Shown: positions 10,124 through 18,624 of the stretch, one piece after another
Layout: each line of letters opens with the position of its first letter
How positions within the stretch are numbered: position 1 is the first letter of the stretch
Source of the DNA: Patescibacteria group bacterium
Lineage (GTDB): Bacteria; Patescibacteriota; Patescibacteriia; SG8-24; DYFX01
NCBI GenBank assembly: GCA_038062835.1
Contig: JBBTWH010000003.1
Coordinates: forward strand, 2,666-66,665
Direction of reading: 5' to 3'
DNA length: 64,000 nt
The notes under the pieces: generated by a model
The model's input: only the letters and a program-made list of their open reading frames with translations
What the model was told of the DNA's origin: nothing
The model's database searches: none
Made by a program: the position numbers and the translations under genes

Positions 10124-10197
10124 CTCGGACTCCTTGGAAAGGGACTTCGTCCAATCTAAAGGAGCGTACGGATTCCGTCAAACGAAAAGCCCGCCGT

Positions 10198-10773
10198 TCA
10201 GGCGGGCAGGAGTCCGAGAATCTCTTCCGCGCGTTCGTCGACGCTCGTCGACTGCAGACGGTGTACGCGCTCGCGCGGGATTCCCAGCTGGATCAAGGCC
10301 TTGTGGATCCCGATATCGACCTGCCGCTGGATCTCGAGGTCGACAGGCCGCATGGCGTCGCCGACCAGCGGGAAGACGCCGATCGGGAAGTAGACGAAGC
10401 GGTCGATCAGGCTGACGCGGCGCCTGGCCGCGGCGCGCACCAGGGGTTCGAGCTGATCGTCGAGCGGCTTGTCGCGCAGGGTCAGGAAGTACGCCAGCTG
10501 ATCGACGCCTGCGCGATCGGCCACGGAATGCCGACGGTGGTCCAGGCCGGGGTTCATGGCCGGGTCGGCGATGCTCGACGCGTTGAGCGAAGCGAGGGCC
10601 AGGACGCCGATGCCGTACTGTCCGACGATGTCGAACGGACTGGCGAGCCCGAAGATCTCCGTCAGGCGCCGCACGTTCTCATCGTGGAACGTCATGTCGG
10701 GACGAAGCGTCTTCAGGCGTTCGAGCGCGGTCGTCTTGCCGACGCCGTGGGATCCGATGAGTCCGATGTGCAT
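10198..10773 (-). CDS. P-loop kinase/ATPase (AAA_28/NadR-like)
   Basis: N-terminal Walker A GSHGVGKTT, HDE, VADR and YFP. Confidence 0.75.
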   Translation of the reverse strand: MHIGLIGSHGVGKTTALERLKTLRPDMTFHDENVRRLTEIFGLASPFDIVGQYGIGVLALASLNASSIADPAMNPGLDHRRHSVADRAGVDQLAYFLTLRDKPLDDQLEPLVRAAARRRVSLIDRFVYFPIGVFPLVGDAMRPVDLEIQRQVDIGIHKALIQLGIPRERVHRLQSTSVDERAEEILGLLPA

Positions 10774-10839
10774 GATTCCTCCAGGCGGGCATATTGGCAG
10801 GAAAACGGCGGTCCGTCAAACGAAAAATGACGCCTGGCG

Positions 10840-11343
10840 TCATGCAGTGCGGGGCGAAGCGAGCAGCTCGTACGGCTTGGTCGTGCCGTCGGCGTGACGG
10901 ATGCGGGCGCGCGTCTCGTCGCGGCTGAGACGGCGCGCGGCGTCGAGTCGCTGGATCGGGAGGATCACGCCGATCGAGCTGATCTCCCAGATCGGGAACT
11001 TCCTCGTGAGAAGCCACTCGGCCTCGCCGAAGACGCCCTTGCCGAACATGCCGTCGCGGAACGGCAGGAAGACGCCGCCTTGGCAGGTCGGCAGGATCAC
11101 CTCGAAGAAGTACCCCATGCCGGTAGGCTTGCCGTCGCCGTCGACGCGCGTCTTGGCGTACGCCTCATAGGCGGCGGAATGCTCCGGAGCGTCGGGGTTG
11201 ACGATTTCCCAGGAAGGGAAGGCCGGTCCGATGACGCTGAGCAACAGCTTCTGGAACGGCGTGCCGTAGACGTTGACGGGATGGCCGAAGTAGAGGCGCT
11301 TCGTGCGTGGCGTTTCGTGCACTGGCTGGGGCGGTTCGATCAT
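10840..11343 (-). CDS. Nucleoside 2-deoxyribosyltransferase-like protein
   Basis: LYFGHP, IVNPD and GKGVFGEA resemble the NDT Y-x-x-x-P, NP and G-x-x-x-E pattern. Confidence 0.5.
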   Translation of the reverse strand: MIEPPQPVHETPRTKRLYFGHPVNVYGTPFQKLLLSVIGPAFPSWEIVNPDAPEHSAAYEAYAKTRVDGDGKPTGMGYFFEVILPTCQGGVFLPFRDGMFGKGVFGEAEWLLTRKFPIWEISSIGVILPIQRLDAARRLSRDETRARIRHADGTTKPYELLASPRTA

Positions 11344-11395
11344 GTAGTCTCCTTGGAAAGGTCTGCCGACAGGATGCGCCGGGGCGCATGCACCG

Positions 11396-12082
11396 TCAAC
11401 CGATGACGGTCCCTTGGAACGGCTTGCCGTCGAGCGCCTTGCCGATCTCGGAGAGCGAGCGGCCTTCGATCATCTTCACTTCCAGGCCGATGCGTTCGGC
11501 CATCTTGGCGGCGACGGGATCGAAGGGCACGTTGGCGCCCGGATCCCAGCGGTTCCCGACCATGCGGCGGAAGGCCTTCCAGCCGATGTATTCGAGCGGC
11601 TTCGCCTTCGGATCCTTGCGCGGGTCCGCGCTGTAGACGTGGTCGATGTCGGAGAGGTTCAGCACGGTCGTGGCGCCGAGGCTCGAAGCCAGGAGCGTCG
11701 CGCAGTAGTCGGTCGACCAGCCCGGTTTCCAGCCTGCGGCGATGAGCACCGGTTCGCGGAAGGACGGCGGCGCGAGCGGGTTCTTCACCACGGTCGCGTG
11801 CGCCATCTTGCGGAAGATCGTGCGGAGCAGGTGCGCGTTCAGGCGCGTGGAGTGGATGCCGATCCAGTCGACGTCTTCGCGCGAGAGCGGTCCGACGGCG
11901 CGGGCGGCCTTCTGATAGCTGCGGGCCGTCGAACCGCCGCCGCATATCAAGACGAAGCGCTCGCCCTTGGCGACGCGCTTCGCGATGAAGATCCTGAAAC
12001 GCCGGAGGAACGCCGCGTCAATCCCGCCTTTCGGGACGATGAGGGAGCCTCCGAGAGAGATGATGACGGGCGCTTTCTTCAT
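11396..12082 (-). CDS. pyrH: UMP kinase, archaeal-type
   Basis: ISLGGS, CGGGSTARSY, DWIGIHSTRLNA, PGWSTD, YSADP and PFDPVA. Confidence 0.95.
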   Translation of the reverse strand: MKKAPVIISLGGSLIVPKGGIDAAFLRRFRIFIAKRVAKGERFVLICGGGSTARSYQKAARAVGPLSREDVDWIGIHSTRLNAHLLRTIFRKMAHATVVKNPLAPPSFREPVLIAAGWKPGWSTDYCATLLASSLGATTVLNLSDIDHVYSADPRKDPKAKPLEYIGWKAFRRMVGNRWDPGANVPFDPVAAKMAERIGLEVKMIEGRSLSEIGKALDGKPFQGTVIG

Positions 12083-12211
12083 CTACTTCTTGTTGAAATC
12101 CTTGGGGAGACTCTTCCGGTTTATCGAGACTTTGCCCCGGAACGAGCTCGGCGTGCGGTAGCCGGGGCCTTTGCGGTTGCCGCCGAAGCTGCGGGAGTTG
12201 TTCTTACTCAT
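12083..12211 (-). CDS. Small basic protein (42 aa)
   Basis: MSKNNSRSFGGNRKGPG...FNKK fills the gap exactly: start overlaps the end of the upstream gene, stop abuts the pyrH ATG. Confidence 0.5.
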   Translation of the reverse strand: MSKNNSRSFGGNRKGPGYRTPSSFRGKVSINRKSLPKDFNKK

Positions 12212-12920
12212 GGCGCGAGAGTTCGAGGCGGGCGATGTTCTCGACATAGCGCTTGGAGAGGTCGGAGCCGCCCATGGAACTGAGATCGTCGGCCTGCCGG
12301 AGGTAGACCAATCCGCAACCGAGCGCGGCGATGACCAGCGCGGCGACGTTACGGTCGGACGGGCCCATAGACATGCGGACCGCGAGCGTCGAAAGCGCCG
12401 CCATCGAGAGGAGAAGGTTCCAGAGGCTCGCTGACATACTGCTCGCCCAGAGTTCCTGGATGCGCTGGCGGGCTCCGGCGACGATACCGGCGGACTCCAG
12501 CAGTTCACGGTAGAGGACGCGCTCCTTCTCGGTGTCGAGCGACGGGATCTGATAGAGGTGGTAGCTGAACTTGCGGAAGGCGCCGTTCGTCAGCTGGTAC
12601 TGCGAGAAGTCCTTCTTGTCGAAGGACGTCAGGTAGCCGTAGAGGTGGCCGTGCAGATCCGTGAACCACTGGCGGTGACGCTCGCCGCCGAGGTTCTTGC
12701 CGAGGTGATAGACGCGGCGGAGCTTGTTGAGTTCGACGGCGACTTCTTCCACGAGGTCGTCGCGGCGCGAGAGCGCGCGGTGCGCGGAGAAGCCTACGAT
12801 GACGCCGGTCAAGACGACGGCGGCGGCGGCAAGTTCGGCCGAGCCGGCCTGGACGGGGCCGATGAGCGTGATGCCGAACGCGACCGCGAAGACGAGCAGG
12901 AGATTCTTGTTCATCGACAT
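12204..12920 (-). CDS. Hypothetical membrane protein
   Basis: Two N-terminal and two C-terminal TM helices flanking a helical domain. Confidence 0.7.
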   Translation of the reverse strand: MSMNKNLLLVFAVAFGITLIGPVQAGSAELAAAAVVLTGVIVGFSAHRALSRRDDLVEEVAVELNKLRRVYHLGKNLGGERHRQWFTDLHGHLYGYLTSFDKKDFSQYQLTNGAFRKFSYHLYQIPSLDTEKERVLYRELLESAGIVAGARQRIQELWASSMSASLWNLLLSMAALSTLAVRMSMGPSDRNVAALVIAALGCGLVYLRQADDLSSMGGSDLSKRYVENIARLELSRHE

Positions 12921-12921
12921 A

Positions 12922-13266
12922 TCAATAGTCTTTTGAAAGCGAGGAGTTGGTGATCCAGCTGACGGTCCAGAGGACGAGCGCGCCCCAGAAGGCGGCGGCG
13001 AAACCCGAGACCTGGAACCCTTTGACGAGGGTGGAGACGAACCAGAACAGCAGCGCGTTGATCACGAAGGTGAAGAGGCCGAGCGAGAGCAGGTTGATCG
13101 GCAGGGTCAGGAAGACCAGGATCGGCCGGATGAGCGCGTTCACGATGCCGAGGACAAGCGCCACGATGAGCGCGGAATAGAAGCCGTCGACCGTCACGCC
13201 CGGCACCACGCGGGTGACGAGCAGGAGGGCCAGCGCGTTCAGGATCCAGCGGAGAAGGAGCTGCAT
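12922..13266 (-). CDS. YvlD/DUF360 holin-superfamily membrane protein
   Basis: LGIVNALIRPILVFLTLPINLLSLGLFTFVINA; start MQLLLRW. Confidence 0.9.
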   Translation of the reverse strand: MQLLLRWILNALALLLVTRVVPGVTVDGFYSALIVALVLGIVNALIRPILVFLTLPINLLSLGLFTFVINALLFWFVSTLVKGFQVSGFAAAFWGALVLWTVSWITNSSLSKDY

Positions 13267-13267
13267 A

Positions 13268-13543
13268 TCAGATGAGGCGCGGCTGACCGTCATCCTCGTC
13301 CTCGTCCTCGTCCGAGGCCGCGCCGCCGTCGGCGAAGTCGGAGAATTTCTCCTTGATCTGCGTGACCTTGTTCTCGACTTCGGCCAGGCGCGAACGGCAC
13401 TTCTTGGCGAGCTCGAGTCCGCGCTCGAATTTCTTCAAGCCTTCCTCGAGATCGACTTCGGACGCCTCGAACCACTGGACGATGTCTTCCAGTTCCTTGA
13501 AGGCTTCGGCGAAATTGGCTTTCTTGGCTTCTTTGACGGACAT
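13268..13543 (-). CDS. xseB: Exodeoxyribonuclease VII small subunit
   Basis: FAEAFKELEDIV...LEEGLKKFERGLEL...LAEVENKV; follows xseA. Confidence 0.95.
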   Translation of the reverse strand: MSVKEAKKANFAEAFKELEDIVQWFEASEVDLEEGLKKFERGLELAKKCRSRLAEVENKVTQIKEKFSDFADGGAASDEDEDEDDGQPRLI

Positions 13544-13548
13544 GGTAT

Positions 13549-13642
13549 TTCCCCCTCTTGAAGCAAGAGGGGCAGGGGGAGTTATGCTCGAGGGGATAAC
13601 CCCTCCGGCCTTCGGCCACCTCCCCTTGCGTCAAGGGGAGGA
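13549..13642. repeat. REP-like composite palindrome, family A (X+Y units)
   Basis: cccctcttgaagcaagaggggcagggggagtta plus taacccctccggccttcggccacctccccttgcgtcaaggggagga; contains the xseA stop. Confidence 0.8.
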
Positions 13643-14830
13643 TTCAATGGACCGTACATCTGCTTGCAAGGTTCCTTTGGCCAATTGTACGGCAATCGCG
13701 GCGCCGGTGTCCAAGGAGGCGGCGTCACGGAGGACCTTGCCGTCCGCGCCGCGGACGATGGCGTATCCCCTTCTTAAGACGGCGGCGGGGTCGAAGGATT
13801 TCAGCAGGCGTTCGTCGCGCTCGACGGCGCCGACGAGCTTCTGGACGCGGGATTCGAAACCGAACAGGCAGCGTTCAAGGTCCGACATCACGGCGTCGAA
13901 CTCGTCGCGCGCGGCGCGGACGTGCGATTGCAGCTGGTTCTCGATGTCGGTGAGCCGGTGCGACCTTGCGGCGATTTCCTTCTCCAAGGCGCGCTCCATC
14001 GTGCGCTCGAAGGCTTCGATCTCGCGGGCGACGTCGCGGCGGTCGGGCGTCAGGCGTTCGGCCGCGTTCGAGGGCGTCGAGGCGCGCACGTCGGCGACGA
14101 AATCAGCGACCGATTCGTCGCGCTCGTGACCGACGCCGACCACGACCGGGACCTTCGAGGCGAAGACGGCGCGGGCGACTTCCTCGGAGTTGAAGGCGTG
14201 CAGGTCCTCGAGCGAGCCGCCGCCGCGCGTGAGCACGATGACCTCGGCGAGTTCCGGATGCGCGTTGAAGTACGCGAAGGCGCCGACGATGTCGCCCACG
14301 GCGTCTCGGCCCTGCACCTGGACGTGCGCGGCGGCGATCTTCACCCCGCCCCAGCGGTTGCCGAGGATGCGCAGGAAATCGGTGTAGGCGGCGGATTCCG
14401 TCGAGGCGATGAGTCCCACGCGTTCGGGGAAGCGCGGAATGGCGCGCTTGCGGCCGGGCGCGAACAGGCCGTCGCCTTCGAGCTTCTTCTTCATCAGTTC
14501 GAAGGCGCGCTTCAGGGCGCCCTCCCCCACCATCTCGACGCGCTCGACCGTCACCGAGAACTTGCCGCTCTTGGCGTAAATCTTCGGCAGGCCGTGGACG
14601 CGCACCTTCATGCCGTCCTCGAGCGGCTGCTTGAGCTGCCAGGCGGTCGCGAAGCACGACACGACGGCGTTCTCGTCCTTCAGCAGGAACCAGATCCATT
14701 TGCCTTGGCTCACGTGATATTCGGCGACTTCGCCCTCGATCGTCACGCCCTGCGGGAAGACCTTGTCGGCGAAGACGATGTTCAGCGCGTCGACGAACTG
14801 CGAGACGGTCAATGCTTGGGGTTCGGGCAT
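13631..14830 (-). CDS. xseA: Exodeoxyribonuclease VII large subunit
   Basis: LTVSQF, IEGEV, RGGGSLEDL, GVGHERD and STPSNAAE. Start may be 14830 or slightly upstream. Confidence 0.97.
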   Translation of the reverse strand: MPEPQALTVSQFVDALNIVFADKVFPQGVTIEGEVAEYHVSQGKWIWFLLKDENAVVSCFATAWQLKQPLEDGMKVRVHGLPKIYAKSGKFSVTVERVEMVGEGALKRAFELMKKKLEGDGLFAPGRKRAIPRFPERVGLIASTESAAYTDFLRILGNRWGGVKIAAAHVQVQGRDAVGDIVGAFAYFNAHPELAEVIVLTRGGGSLEDLHAFNSEEVARAVFASKVPVVVGVGHERDESVADFVADVRASTPSNAAERLTPDRRDVAREIEAFERTMERALEKEIAARSHRLTDIENQLQSHVRAARDEFDAVMSDLERCLFGFESRVQKLVGAVERDERLLKSFDPAAVLRRGYAIVRGADGKVLRDAASLDTGAAIAVQLAKGTLQADVRSIESSP

Positions 14831-14914
14831 AGCGCGACCATCGTACATCATTGACAAAGGCGTGGAAAACCGCTACGTTCGAGGCAGTCCGTACCTTCCA
14901 CCAAAGGAGCGACC

Positions 14915-15883
14915 GTGCCGAATCCCGAATCCACGCCGCCTGCCGATTCCATCGAGAACGTCCGCAAGGACAAGCTCGGCATCTTCGGCCCCCGGGCCAA
15001 GCTCGTCCCCTACACCGGCGTGACCGGCTTCATGTCCGTGGCGGACGTGAGAGCGGTCGCCGCCGACGCCTACACCGCGAGCGGCTTCGACACGCCGACC
15101 CGCGGCGGCCGCAAGCTCGCCATCGGCGTGCTCGCCAGCTGGAAGACGCTCAACGGCGAGCCGCCGGGCCAGCCCGGACGCTACCCGAAGCTCGAAGACA
15201 TCCGCGCCGTCATCGACGCCGCCGCGGAGACGTATCATCACCGCGCCGTCTGGCAGCCCGAGGGAGAAGGCGCGTCCTTCGACCTCAAGACGCGCTGCCT
15301 GCGGATGATCCACTACTCCAGCAAGGAGCCGAACCTGTCCGCCCAGATCGACCGCCTGTGCGAGATCGCCGGGCCGAACCTCGATGGCTTCCAGCTCAAC
15401 ATGACCTGGCCGCGCGAGGACGAGATCCGCGCGCTGGCGCAGGCCCGCCCGACGCTGCGGCTCATCCTGCAGATCAACAGCAGGATGTACTCGGGCGTCT
15501 CGCGAAGCCCGCAGCTGCTGGCGACCGAAGTCGCGAAGAAGTATTCGCCCTGGGTCACCGACGTGCTCTTCGACATGAGCGGCGGCTTCGGCCTGTCCGC
15601 CGACCTCGCCGAAGCGGAGTACGCGCTCGAAGCGCTCTATACGACGCTCGGCGGCGCGGACGCCGGCGGCATCAGCATCGGCGTGGCGGGAGGCCTCTGC
15701 TGGCAGTCGGTCGTCGGGCTGAAGCGCCTTTTCGACCGCTGGCCAGACCTCTCAATCGATGCCGAAGGACGCCTGCGCGACAAGACGACCGACGCGCTCA
15801 ACCGCGAGATGGCGCGCGAGTACGTCCGCCGCGCGGCGGGCGTGATGCCGCATCGGACTCCGAAAACCGAAACGACCCCGTGA
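14915..15883 (+). CDS. Hypothetical TIM-barrel protein (TrpF-like motifs)
   Basis: FQLN, LILQ, VLFDMSGGFG, GVAGGL and SIDAEGRLR; promoter TTGACA-17-TACGTT at 14851-14879; SD AAGGAG before GTG. Confidence 0.65.
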   Translation: MPNPESTPPADSIENVRKDKLGIFGPRAKLVPYTGVTGFMSVADVRAVAADAYTASGFDTPTRGGRKLAIGVLASWKTLNGEPPGQPGRYPKLEDIRAVIDAAAETYHHRAVWQPEGEGASFDLKTRCLRMIHYSSKEPNLSAQIDRLCEIAGPNLDGFQLNMTWPREDEIRALAQARPTLRLILQINSRMYSGVSRSPQLLATEVAKKYSPWVTDVLFDMSGGFGLSADLAEAEYALEALYTTLGGADAGGISIGVAGGLCWQSVVGLKRLFDRWPDLSIDAEGRLRDKTTDALNREMAREYVRRAAGVMPHRTPKTETTP

Positions 15884-15900
15884 AGGGTCGTTTTTCATTT

Positions 15901-15960
15901 TGCTTCAAGAGGGGGATTCGTTTTTCCTCCCCTTGAAGCAAGGGGAGGCGGGAGGGGTTA
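15901..15960. repeat. REP-like family A remnant
   Basis: Half X unit plus inverted Y-like cctccccttgaagcaaggggaggcgggaggggtta. Confidence 0.65.
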
Positions 15961-16998
15961 TTCGGCGATGATGAGGACCTCGTTGAGGTCGCTGACGGAG
16001 AAACCGGGCCGGCGGCCGCCGCCGATCGCGTAGATGCGGTTCTTCCAGGCGACGGCGGCGTGGCCGTGCCGCGCGCTCAGCATCGGCAGCGCGAGCGTCG
16101 ACCACGACATCTTCTTCGCGTCGAGAACCTCGATTTCGGCGACGTTGCCTTGCTTGGATTCGCCGCCGAGGACGTACGCCGCTCCGCCGAGCGCGGCGGC
16201 GGCGTGTCCGCTGCGCGGAAAGGCCATGTCCGGCGCGGTCTCCCACGCCTGGCGCTTCGGGTCATAGGCTTCGGACGCGCCGAGGCTTTTCGCGACGGAA
16301 CCGCGCCGCCCGCCGAGCGCGAATATCTTGCCTCCCGCCGCGGCGGCGGCGAGATAGGCGCGCTGCGTCGGCATGGACTTGAGGCCGTTCCAGCCGCCGC
16401 GCGCCGGATCGAAATACTCGATGGCGTCGTCGGCGCCGGCTGTCGTGACGCCGCCCATGACGTAGACGGTCCCGTCGAGCGCGGCTGCCGCGGCCGCTCC
16501 GCGGAAGTCATTCAGGCGTCCGAGCTGTTCCCAGGCGTCCTTCTCGGGATCATAGGCGTAGACGTCGTCGATATGGCGCGAAGCCAGGCCCGTCAGGCCG
16601 CCGATGACGTAGATCTTCTTGCCGTCCGAAACGACGGCGGGATGATGGACGGCTTGCGGCAGGCGCGGTATGGAGCGCCAGGCGTCGGCGCCGATGTCGT
16701 AGGCCATCGCGGAGGAGAGCGTGCGGAAAAAACCGTCGATGCCGCCGACGACGTAGATCGTATTGCCCAGGACGGCGGCGCCGAACTCCGCGCGCGGGAA
16801 CGGCATCGGCGCGACCGTCTCCCAGTGCGTGCCGGTCCCGCGTTCGCCGATCGGCGTCGTGGTGGCTGAAGCGTCCTCCGGGAAGAAGTGCGTCACGGCG
16901 GGATCGCGCCGCGCTCTCGCCCAATCCCAGCCTTGGACATAGTGCAGGTACGTCCCGACGCAGACGAGCGCGAACAGGAAGGTGAAAATCTTACGCAT
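15958..16998 (-). CDS. Kelch-repeat beta-propeller protein
   Basis: Six IYVxGG...YD...W kelch repeats after an N-terminal TM/signal; start MRKIFTF. Confidence 0.92.
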   Translation of the reverse strand: MRKIFTFLFALVCVGTYLHYVQGWDWARARRDPAVTHFFPEDASATTTPIGERGTGTHWETVAPMPFPRAEFGAAVLGNTIYVVGGIDGFFRTLSSAMAYDIGADAWRSIPRLPQAVHHPAVVSDGKKIYVIGGLTGLASRHIDDVYAYDPEKDAWEQLGRLNDFRGAAAAAALDGTVYVMGGVTTAGADDAIEYFDPARGGWNGLKSMPTQRAYLAAAAAGGKIFALGGRRGSVAKSLGASEAYDPKRQAWETAPDMAFPRSGHAAAALGGAAYVLGGESKQGNVAEIEVLDAKKMSWSTLALPMLSARHGHAAVAWKNRIYAIGGGRRPGFSVSDLNEVLIIAE

Positions 16999-17452
16999 GC
17001 TCGTCCCAGCGCTTGCGGCCTTTCTTGATGTCGGCCAGGAGGAACTTCGCGCCCGTGTTGTCCTTGGGGTTGAGCTTGAGGAGTTCTTCAAAGCGTCTTT
17101 CCGCCTCCTTGGTGTCGCCGCGCCGATAGGCCGCCAGCGCGAGGCCGTGGAGCGCACGCAGCAGCGAGCGGTCATGCGGCGCGTCCCATTCGACGTGCGT
17201 CGGCATCCTGCCGTTGAAAGCCTTCAAGGCTTCCTTGAGAGCTTTCGCGTGCATCTCCTCGGCGTCGTCCAAGCGCTTCTCGTGGAACGCGATCGTGCCG
17301 AGGCCGTTCAGCGCGTCGGCATGGCGCGGATCGCCGGCGAGCACGCCCAAGAACGCCTCTTCGGCTTCGCTCAACATGCCCGACTGCAGCGCGGCCCAGC
17401 CGGCGGCGAAAAGATGTTCGATCTCTTGCGGAGGAAGTCTTACGTCTTTCAT
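16991..17452 (-). CDS. Tetratricopeptide repeat protein
   Basis: HADALNGLG; AERRFEELLKLNPKDNTGA. Confidence 0.85.
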   Translation of the reverse strand: MKDVRLPPQEIEHLFAAGWAALQSGMLSEAEEAFLGVLAGDPRHADALNGLGTIAFHEKRLDDAEEMHAKALKEALKAFNGRMPTHVEWDAPHDRSLLRALHGLALAAYRRGDTKEAERRFEELLKLNPKDNTGAKFLLADIKKGRKRWDEHA

Positions 17453-17459
17453 ATCAAGT

Positions 17460-17756
17460 CTACCGAGCTTCACCCGATATTCCCCCTTCGAGTCCTTCGC
17501 ACTTCTGGACGCACATCAGGATGCAGGCCTCGGCGTCGGGCGGGCAGGCGGAGGCGCATTCGTTCCAGGTGCCGCCGGCTTCCTCGCATGAAGATCGGTC
17601 CGTGACGGGTTCCTCCGACGGAAGTTCGGCGTTCGCCGCGTCAGGGATGCCCTCGACCTGGTCCAGAGCGTTGGTATAGAACCACGCTCCGACCGCCAGT
17701 CCGGCGAGCGCGAGCGCGATGGCGAGGAGATGCGTGATGGGCGGTCGTTCTTTCAT
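17460..17756 (-). CDS. Small exported Cys-rich protein
   Basis: TM anchor followed by CEEAGGTWNECASACPPDAEACILMCVQKC. Confidence 0.75.
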   Translation of the reverse strand: MKERPPITHLLAIALALAGLAVGAWFYTNALDQVEGIPDAANAELPSEEPVTDRSSCEEAGGTWNECASACPPDAEACILMCVQKCEGLEGGISGEAR

Positions 17757-17757
17757 A

Positions 17758-18093
17758 TCACTGGAGGCATTTCTTGACCGCGGCTTCTTCCTGCGTGGTG
17801 TAGTTCCCGGACAGCACGGCCGAGACGCGGTCGCCCGAGATCGATGCGCTGAGGCACAGCATCTGCCGGGGCGTAAGCTCCTTGGCCTTTTCCTTCAGCT
17901 GCGCCGGCGTCATGCCCTTCAACGACTCGACATCGATCGATGGCGCGGAAGTGGCCGCTTTCGGAAACGTCTCCGCTGAAGAAGCGGCAGCGGGCCCGTC
18001 GATCCACGCGAAACTGCGTCCCGTCAGACGGTATCCGGCGTAGACGCTGGCTGAAAACCACAGGAGCGCGAGGAAAAAGGCGCCGGCTTTCAT
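17758..18093 (-). CDS. Hypothetical exported protein
   Basis: Signal-like N-terminus; tight operon spacing. Confidence 0.65.
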   Translation of the reverse strand: MKAGAFFLALLWFSASVYAGYRLTGRSFAWIDGPAAASSAETFPKAATSAPSIDVESLKGMTPAQLKEKAKELTPRQMLCLSASISGDRVSAVLSGNYTTQEEAAVKKCLQ

Positions 18094-18095
18094 AA

Positions 18096-18305
18096 TCACT
18101 TCGCGTACTGGTTCATGAGCGTCTCAAACGCCTGGGCCTGGATGTTCTCCAGGAGTTTCGGCAGAGGATTCGCGAGCAAGACCCATAGGACCCCGCCGAG
18201 CATGAGGCCGTAGAAGGCCAGCTGGACCATCAGCTTCAGGACGGTCAGGACCTTGATGAGCGTGTCGAGGCCGCTGGCGGCCGGGTTGGGATTTTCATTG
18301 AGCAT
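18096..18305 (-). CDS. Small membrane protein
   Basis: Hydrophobic helix; start MLNENP follows a TGGTACGAT -10-like element. Confidence 0.6.
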   Translation of the reverse strand: MLNENPNPAASGLDTLIKVLTVLKLMVQLAFYGLMLGGVLWVLLANPLPKLLENIQAQAFETLMNQYAK

Positions 18306-18364
18306 ATGCCGGTATCGTACCATGGACGAGGCCGCCCTTTACAGGGGCGGACGATACGGATAGC

Positions 18365-18553
18365 ATGAGTCAAAACAATCATATGGACGCCTGCTGCAAA
18401 CACGACGACAAGGACGCGAAGAAGGACGGAGCCGAAAAGGGATGCTGCGAAGCCTGCCCGGACAAGGGCTGCGACGGCTGCGACTGCTCGAAGCCGGAAA
18501 ACGCTAAGGGCGGCTGCATGGGCGGCGCGTGCGCGTGCGAAAACGGCCGCTAA
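18365..18553 (+). CDS. Metallothionein-like Cys-rich small protein
   Basis: 62 aa, 11 Cys in CC/CxC/CxxC, no F/W/Y; hairpin and T-tract at the stop. Confidence 0.6.
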   Translation: MSQNNHMDACCKHDDKDAKKDGAEKGCCEACPDKGCDGCDCSKPENAKGGCMGGACACENGR

Positions 18554-18624
18554 GGCGGCCGTTTTCTTTTCGCGTGCCGGACCACGGCATTCGTGGTAAA
18601 ATCAGCAGGCAATCGTGCCTGTGT

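Noticed and set aside
8336-11400. Integron cassette array
   Set aside because: No integrase and no recognisable attC sites; the genes carry their own promoters.
12922-13266. Prophage inferred from holin-like or excisionase-like genes
   Set aside because: YvlD-type proteins are chromosomal; no structural, integrase or lysin genes were seen.
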